A stretch of 64,000 nt of DNA. Origin: Caecitellus pseudoparvulus. Its lineage: Eukaryota; Protista; Bigyra: Bicosoecida. The DNA is taken from assembly GCA_965644315.1 (NCBI GenBank), contig CBFFRQ010000067.1, positions 248,001 through 312,000 of the forward strand. The letters run 5' to 3'. The translations under genes were made by a program, and so were the position numbers. Each line of letters begins with the position of its first letter. Position 1 is the stretch's first letter. This document shows positions 57,713 through 64,000 of the stretch, piece by piece. The notes under the pieces were generated by a model. It ran no database searches, was not told where the DNA came from, and saw only the letters and a program-made list of their open reading frames with translations.

Positions 57713-58900
57713 GGAGAACGGCGTACTACGCCTGCACCCTCCTGCTGCGTCTGTGGGAGGCACATCCCCGTGTGCTGAGCGAGGCGGCGGCCGGTGGCAG
57801 TGGCAGTGGCAGGGGTGCTACGCCTGCCAGTGGCACGAAGCGGCTGCGCAAGGGGGGTAAGGCGTTGGAGTCAGATGCCACCACCACTGCTGCCACGCTG
57901 CACAGTGCGCTGTGGACGTCTCTGGATGCTCTGAACGACATCGTGGTGTTCCCTCACGCGTGGATGCGGGCAGCAGCAGCCAGGTGGCTGGGCGCCGTCT
58001 TGAACACCGTGGCAGTGGCGAGCCTGAGGAGCTGCCCCCCACCGCCTGCCATGGCGGCGTGGCTGGCTGGGGATGAGAGCTTGTTCGCCCTGGCCCGGAC
58101 AGCCTGTGTGCAGCTGGCGGACGGGACGCTGAGCAGGGAGCAGGGCACGGCTCTGGCGCCGGCGCTGCTGTTCACGGCGATAGGGCTGTACGCCACGCCC
58201 CCGCCCAGCTCCCGCAACACCATCCCGCCCCACCTCGTCGAGTGCACTGCTCGATTGGCCGGCAAGTCCACTCTGCTCGTGGGTGGCGTGGAGGTGGTGG
58301 GCGGCAAGGCGGTGCAGCGTGACAGCCCGCCCTCCACACACACCGCCCACAACGACGGAGGCAGTGCGCGGGACCCGCTGTTCTGGCTGCTGCAGCGCCT
58401 CAGCAACACGGCAGTGCAGCAGGGCGGGCCGGCGGCCACCACGGCGCTGAACGTGTTCGGGGCCATGGCTGGGCAGCTGCCGCAGGCCGACCTGCAGCGC
58501 TACGCGGTGCCGATGGAGCGGGCAGTGTTCCGCACTGTGCAGGCGGCAGAGCATGTGGCCAGCAACCTCCGCCTGGCCGACGCGTCATCCTGGTCGGAGC
58601 AAGCACAGCAGGCGGCCGCTGGAGTGGAGGCAGGTGGCGTGGCGTCGGAGATCATGGAGGGTGTGCAGGCTGCCGTGGGTGCAGATGTGTTCCTGACGGC
58701 GCACAACGGCGAGCGGCGAGTCAGGGCGGCGGCGAAGGAGCGGCGGGCGAAGCAGGTGGCCCAGGAGGCGGTGGTGAACTTGGCAGCAGATGCAGGGAGT
58801 CAAAGTTGGAAGGCGCAGGCAAAGAAGCGCCACGTGGTGAAGCGCATGGACAAGTTGAAGGTGGTGCGAGGTGGTGGTGGGAAGGGCGGCAAGCAGGGAG
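57713..58900 (+). pseudogene. Orphan C-terminal fragment resembling UTP20 (U3 snoRNP HEAT-repeat protein)
   Basis: FPHAWMRAAAARWLG, LFWLLQRLS, LQRYAVPM, ASEIMEGVQAAVGADVF, KERRAKQVAQEAV...KRMDKLK follow the order of the UTP20 C-terminus as I recall it; similarity starts at an acceptor TTTGCAG ending 57712; no room upstream for the rest of this very large protein. Confidence 0.6.
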
Positions 58901-59077
58901 GGAGGAGGTTTGAGAGGCGTTCGTGTGGGGTGGTGGGTGGTGAAGAGGTGCGATGCGGTGGTTCTGGTGCGGTGGATTGTGGTGCGGTGTGTGCAGAGTT
59001 TGAGGCGGAGCAGGTGTGCTGGTCATTAGGTGCGTTCAGGTTGGTCGAATGGTGCAGTAGCCATACTCAAGCCAGGG

Positions 59078-61510
59078 TCAGATTCGGTCTGGACTCTCAA
59101 ACCTACCCGCTCGCTGTCGCACGCTGTCTGGGATCCTACGATGCCCAGTGAGGCAAAGAAGCTCACGCACGATAGACGTGTGGCCCATCATTTGTGCCCA
59201 TCGGAAGGCAGCCTCGGGTCCATCCCCATCTGCCGCATGCACATCCACTTCCCGCGCCCCAGTGAGGGCCAGCAGCTCGCGCACGACGTCTGTGCGGCCC
59301 ATGGTGCATGCCCGACAAAAGGCGGCCTCAGGTCCAGTGCAATCTGCCGCGTGCACATCCACTTCCCGCGTCCCAGTAAGGTTTAGCAGCTGACGCACGA
59401 CGTCTTTGTGGCCATTCTCGCATGCGTGTCGGAATGCAGCTTCAGGTCCACCCCGATCCGCCGCATGCACATCCACTTCCCGCGCCCCAGTCAGGCCCAG
59501 CAGCTCACGCACGATGTCTGTGCGGCCAAGGCGGCATGCGTCTCGGAAGGCGGCCTCAGGTCCACCCCCATCCGCAGTGTGCACATCCACCGCCTCATCC
59601 CCCTTCAATGCAAGCAGCTCGCGCACCCTCCCAAGATTGCCAATCCTGCACGCTGCTACAAATGCAGCGGTGTTCGTCTCATTAAATATTTTAAGCTTTT
59701 TTGGGACCGACTGCCCAGCGGATGCGGGCTCAGCTTGAGCTGCCTGCGCCTGACCTTCCGCAGCAGCTGCCTGCTCTCGACCAAGCACATCCCGCACAGC
59801 ACTCTCCACACCTTCCAGACCCCCCAGTCCACCCTCACTTGCTTCACACGCCATCGCATACGCACCCATGCAGCAACCACTCCCTCCCCGCCCCAACACC
59901 TCCAACGCGCCCGACAGTGAATGCTCGCCACCTTCACCGCTCCCCACGAAGCTTGACACGACGCCCGACGCGCCGACCAACGCACCACCTCCAATGCCAA
60001 GCACCTCACGCAGCACACTCGATACACCCTCAACATCAAGGTTGCCGCCATCAGGGCGACCTGCGCCCCACACTCCGCCACATGCACTCAACACCACCTC
60101 ACACCCATCCCCACCCAGTGCCCCCACCAGGTCACCCACACCGCCACCCCCCACACCCACCACCACAAAGCTCCCCACACCCACACCACTCAGACTCACT
60201 CCACATGCCTCCGCCACAGCACACACACCCAGCACCCGCACAGCCACGCGCTGCTTCACCTCCATCCCAACATCACACCACGCTTCGTCCTCCAAGAACA
60301 CCCTCAACGGCCACCCCAGCTCGCACTGCACCTGCACTGTGACACTACTCCTCTCGCCAACCGGCTCATCAGCTCGGCCGCCACCACAGATGTGATTCAA
60401 TGCTGTTTTGCGTGGAGTCTGTGCCATCCGCGGCAGTCCATGGGCAATGCGAGCCGCTTCGCCACGCTTCACAGCGCCAACACTCATGACAAGCGCTGTA
60501 GCACCCGCCTCTACACTCACTGCCCACTGCTCCACATCCCCAGCTCCACCCACATCCTCATCCACGATCTCAACTCGTCCACTGTACACACTCACATCCT
60601 TGCCGTTCAGGCACTCCAAGCCGCCCGACAAGTTCAACCCACCTACAGCCCTCATCTTCCGACCACTCATCACCGGCGCACACACCAACAGCCCCCGCAG
60701 CTCCTCCACCGCACTCGCTGCACTCTCCAAGTGCACCGCAGCACTCTCACTCCTCAGATCGCCTGCCGCCTCGCCTCGCAGCCACTCAGCCTGCTGAAGC
60801 ATGCCAGCCAGAGCCGCATCCGTCGCTGCCTCACCACCGGCAGCACTTGTGACGGGGTCACCCTCACCAGCCACATCTACATCTACCACCTCGAAGCCTT
60901 GCCACCATCGCGTCAGATCAGCCAGCGCACCCTCCACGTTAACACCGCTCCGCACACTGCCCCAAGCACCCACGATGGCGCCCCACACTGCGTCACCCTC
61001 CGGCACTGCATCGACACCCACACCAGATGCTGCCTGATGCAGCACATCCACCGCGCAGAAGCACCGGAACGACAGGTACTGCAGCGCAGCACACACACCA
61101 CCTCGCTCACGCTGCCCCGCCAACAGCCCAGCCTGCTCCAACAGCGCACTCCCCGCATCACGCAGTGCAGCTTCCAGCTCCACCAGGCTCATGGTCGATG
61201 GGGCGTCATCACCTGCAGCAGGCTCCTCGCCACGCCCAATGGCTGCCAGTCCTCGCAGTGCTGGGCCGTGGTCCATGACGCTGCCCGGCAAGCACTTCAT
61301 CTTGCGCAAGCATGCCGCCACCACCTCAGCCTGTGTGACGTCGATGTCTTCAGTGACTGCTGCACTGCTATCCATGGCTTGTCCTGTTGCTGCTGCCTGT
61401 AGTGTGGGGGAGGGGCAGGGCGCTGTGTGCTGTGGTGTGTGTGCGACACGCTCTGACGCAAGTGCTGGCGAAAGCGAGACGCCATGCTCACACCGCTACC
61501 CACGCACCAT
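59078..61510 (-). CDS. ~770-aa protein: N-terminal helical region + degenerate kinase-like module + five 38-aa ankyrin-like repeats
   Basis: ORF 59078-61375, plus a predicted ATG-only exon (61510-61508) and intron 61507-61397 (GTGCGT...CTACAG) adding AAATGQA in frame; repeats EAAFxxACxxGxxDVVRELLxLTGxREVDVHAADxxGP. Confidence 0.85.
59130..59675 (-). repeat. 114-bp tandem array, about 5 units, encoding ankyrin-like repeats
   Basis: GCACATCCAC anchor at 59239, 59353, 59467, 59581 (114-nt period). Confidence 0.92.
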
Positions 61511-62030
61511 GGCGACGGATGACAGGGGGTCAAATCAAGTGTGACAGTGCTGTGTAGGTGGATGCTATCGTGTGAGCGCAGTGCGTAGCTGTGTTGGTGT
61601 GGCTGGGAGGCGTTGTCGTGCTTGACGTGCGAGGGTGCAACTTCCGCACTTGCACCAGTGCACGCTCACCTCTCGCGGCCAAAACTAAAGACAAGGCACC
61701 AGGCACGATGATGGGCATACGTGCAGTGACACTACAGGTGTGCGCGAGGGATAATTGATGCGCATTTTGGTGTCAAGCATCTGATTAGTGTCCAGCTCCT
61801 CCCGATGTCGGGCTCGGCATCTCAGCAAAAATGGTGTGAAACCAGCTTTTGGACACCCTTGAGAACCCCTGTTACGGCCATCATACGCCGCTTCCGAGGG
61901 CTAGTCATGGCGTGCGCAGGCAGTGGGCATCGTGCGTGTCAGTTTCACAGCCAAGCGCAGGCCCAACGACCCCCCCCCATATTCACGATCTATAAGCCGC
62001 GACGGAACGAGTGTGCATTGCACTGCTAGA

Positions 62031-63980
62031 TCACTGTTCAGCAGCCGCTGCCTCTGGAAAGGCCTGGTTCAGCGCCACGATGACGACGGTGACGTTGTCG
62101 ATGGTGTTCAGCTCCACGGCCTTCTTCACGAGGTCGTCTGCCGCGACCTGCACGTCGCCATGCGCCAGCAGGCGTCGTCGCACATAGTTCACCACTTGCT
62201 GGTTGGTCATGACGTCCCACACGCCGTCGCACGCCAGCACGACAAACTCGTCGTCGGCTGTGACCGGTTCGGAGAAAATCTCAGGCTCGGCCAGCAGCGT
62301 GTCGCCCGAGAACTCCTGGCCCCAGCAGTGCTGCTTGATGGTTTTGTGCTCCACGTCGCCAAAGCTGCGCGAGACAGCCAGCACACCCATCAGGCGGCCC
62401 TTGTTCAGGAACGCCCCGGCAGCTTCCAGGCGTGACAGCTCGTCGGGGCGCGAGCACTTGTGGTCGTCAGACAGCGCCACGGCAGCGCCCTTGCGGCACA
62501 GCACTGCGCGAGAGTCACCCACGTTGGCGCAGTACAGCACTGGGGCGTGTGCTGCTGACTGCTGCCGCACCATGAGCGTGACGGCGGTGGAGCCGGAGTA
62601 ATACCCCGTCTCCTCCTGCACGGCCAGGATGTCGTCGTCGGCAGCGAGGCAGCCCTCTGTCAGGGCCCGCACAGGGTCGGTGATGAGGGCGTGGTGGTCA
62701 AAGATGTTCTCCACCAGGATCTGACTCAGCACATCGGCAGTGGCGTCGCCGTTGTGCCCGTCACACACCGCAAAGAAGCCGTGCCGAGGGAATCCGCCCG
62801 AGGCGATCTCCGTCGGCAGGCTCGTCAAGTGCGACCTGGCGACGTTGGGCACGGCGATGTACCGATCCTCCATCGTGATGCGGTTGCCTTTCAGCGCGGC
62901 AGCACCGAAACGCAGGTTCAACGCCGTGTTCCGACCTGCAGGCGAGAACACCAGGCGGCTCGGCATGGCTTCCTCCTCCGCCTCGTCCACACCCTCGGGC
63001 AGGTCCGCCTTGGTGAAGGTGGGGTTGCCGTCGTCATCCAGCGTCACGGCGTCAAAGTACACCGTCGCAGGGGGGCTCTTGCCCTCCCCTGCCGCCTCTG
63101 ACGGTGACGTGGCGCCCTCCTCCTCGGCAGGTGACGTCCCTGCTGGGTCTTTGTGCCGTGACAGCATGCGCACCGAGTCACTTTTGTCCTCGTCCAGGGC
63201 TGTGTTGTTCATGGCGGTCCAGTTCTCAGGGGCGAACTGTCGGGGGGGCGCCGCCGCCAGAGCACTCCGCTTCATCGCCCAGGCAGCCTCCTCATCCCCC
63301 TCCAGGTCGGCCAGGTCCGCGTCGTCGCCCCTGTCCCCCGCCTCCTCCACCAGCTCATCCAGGGTGTCCACGAACTCGCCGTCCGACAGCGCCTGCACGT
63401 CCCCATAGTCCTCTGACGAATCCGACTCAGAGCCCTCATCCACACTGTGCAGGCGTACTCGCTCGCCCACCTCCACATCCCCCGCCACACCCGCCGCACC
63501 ACTGCCCCCCCGTAGGCGTGGCGAGGAGCCCACTGACGAGGCGCCTGGTGTGGATGGCCCTGCGCTGCCACTGCTGCCGTCTGCGACGGAGGAGCCGTCT
63601 GAGTGGCCCCGTGACATGATGCGGGCGTGGGAGTGCGCCGTGTGGAGGTGGGACAGGCCGCCGCCACCGGCTCCCGTGCCGGCGTCGCCCGTGGGCAGGG
63701 CACTGTGCAGGTCCTCCCCGCTGTGCACGGCAGTGGGTGCTTCCTCGTCGTCATCCTCCTCCTCCTCCTCCACTGCCTCGGCGTCAATGTCCGAGAACAT
63801 GTCTTGGCGGGTGCGTGCGCCGCCGGCCAGGGAGAACCCTGACTCATCGCGCGCCTGGAAGATGACGCGTTTCTGCCGCGACCCGCCCGCCGTGGCGGCA
63901 TCTACCTTCAGGCTCACCATGACGAAGTCTGTCTTGCGCTGCAGCGTCTTGGCGCGCCGCTCAGACTCCAGGCGGGACAT
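62031..63980 (-). CDS. PP2C/PPM-family Ser/Thr phosphatase with long acidic N-terminal extension (frame is open to the window edge)
   Basis: GNRITMED, FFAVCDGHNG, GSTAV, ANVGDSRAVL, LSDDHK, LAVSRSFGD, LACDGVWD, DNVTVVIV. Confidence 0.95.
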   Translation of the reverse strand: MSRLESERRAKTLQRKTDFVMVSLKVDAATAGGSRQKRVIFQARDESGFSLAGGARTRQDMFSDIDAEAVEEEEEDDDEEAPTAVHSGEDLHSALPTGDAGTGAGGGGLSHLHTAHSHARIMSRGHSDGSSVADGSSGSAGPSTPGASSVGSSPRLRGGSGAAGVAGDVEVGERVRLHSVDEGSESDSSEDYGDVQALSDGEFVDTLDELVEEAGDRGDDADLADLEGDEEAAWAMKRSALAAAPPRQFAPENWTAMNNTALDEDKSDSVRMLSRHKDPAGTSPAEEEGATSPSEAAGEGKSPPATVYFDAVTLDDDGNPTFTKADLPEGVDEAEEEAMPSRLVFSPAGRNTALNLRFGAAALKGNRITMEDRYIAVPNVARSHLTSLPTEIASGGFPRHGFFAVCDGHNGDATADVLSQILVENIFDHHALITDPVRALTEGCLAADDDILAVQEETGYYSGSTAVTLMVRQQSAAHAPVLYCANVGDSRAVLCRKGAAVALSDDHKCSRPDELSRLEAAGAFLNKGRLMGVLAVSRSFGDVEHKTIKQHCWGQEFSGDTLLAEPEIFSEPVTADDEFVVLACDGVWDVMTNQQVVNYVRRRLLAHGDVQVAADDLVKKAVELNTIDNVTVVIVALNQAFPEAAAAEQ

Positions 63981-64000
63981 GGTGCCGCGCGATGAGTCAG

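Noticed and set aside
59030-59920. Plus-strand repeated ORFs (CRMHIHFPRPS...)
   Set aside because: Antisense shadows of the 114-bp ankyrin array.
1-64000. tRNA, rRNA, autonomous transposon or endogenous virus genes
   Set aside because: No cloverleaf or rRNA motifs and no transposase, reverse transcriptase, integrase, tyrosine recombinase or capsid motifs were recognised; a covariance-model or HMM scan could still find something missed by eye.

Overview
GC-rich, gene-dense eukaryotic (protist-like) DNA with short GT-AG introns of about 65-110 nt. The host taxon cannot be fixed from the sequence; a heterotrophic stramenopile is only a guess. Conserved genes: type II NADH dehydrogenase, a claudin-like tetraspan, a ~4100-aa four-domain EEEE voltage-gated Ca2+ channel, RMI1, a CHD chromatin remodeller, a PP2C phosphatase, a TPR + HAD-IIIB phosphatase protein, an F-box/TMEM185-like protein and several membrane or repeat proteins. 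Three accessory islands interrupt them. (1) 12.6-19.3 kb: a diverged NDH2 duplicate, a SEL1-repeat gene and an RNase III-like fragment. (2) 43.7-48.4 kb: a Crinkler/RHS-like P-loop NTPase + nuclease gene. (3) 57.3-61.9 kb: an orphan UTP20 terminal exon and an ankyrin-repeat gene. The best candidate for an undescribed system: the SEL1 gene (14792-17944, +) and the ankyrin gene (59078-61510, -) share a collinear ~490-aa N-terminal module that reads as helical bundle + dead protein-kinase fold (MLKL-like by inference), joined to different, internally homogenised repeat arrays that vary mainly at predicted binding-face positions. This suggests a modular immune-receptor-like family with interchangeable sensors. 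No database searches were run; all family calls come from motifs recognised by eye and exon boundaries are predictions.
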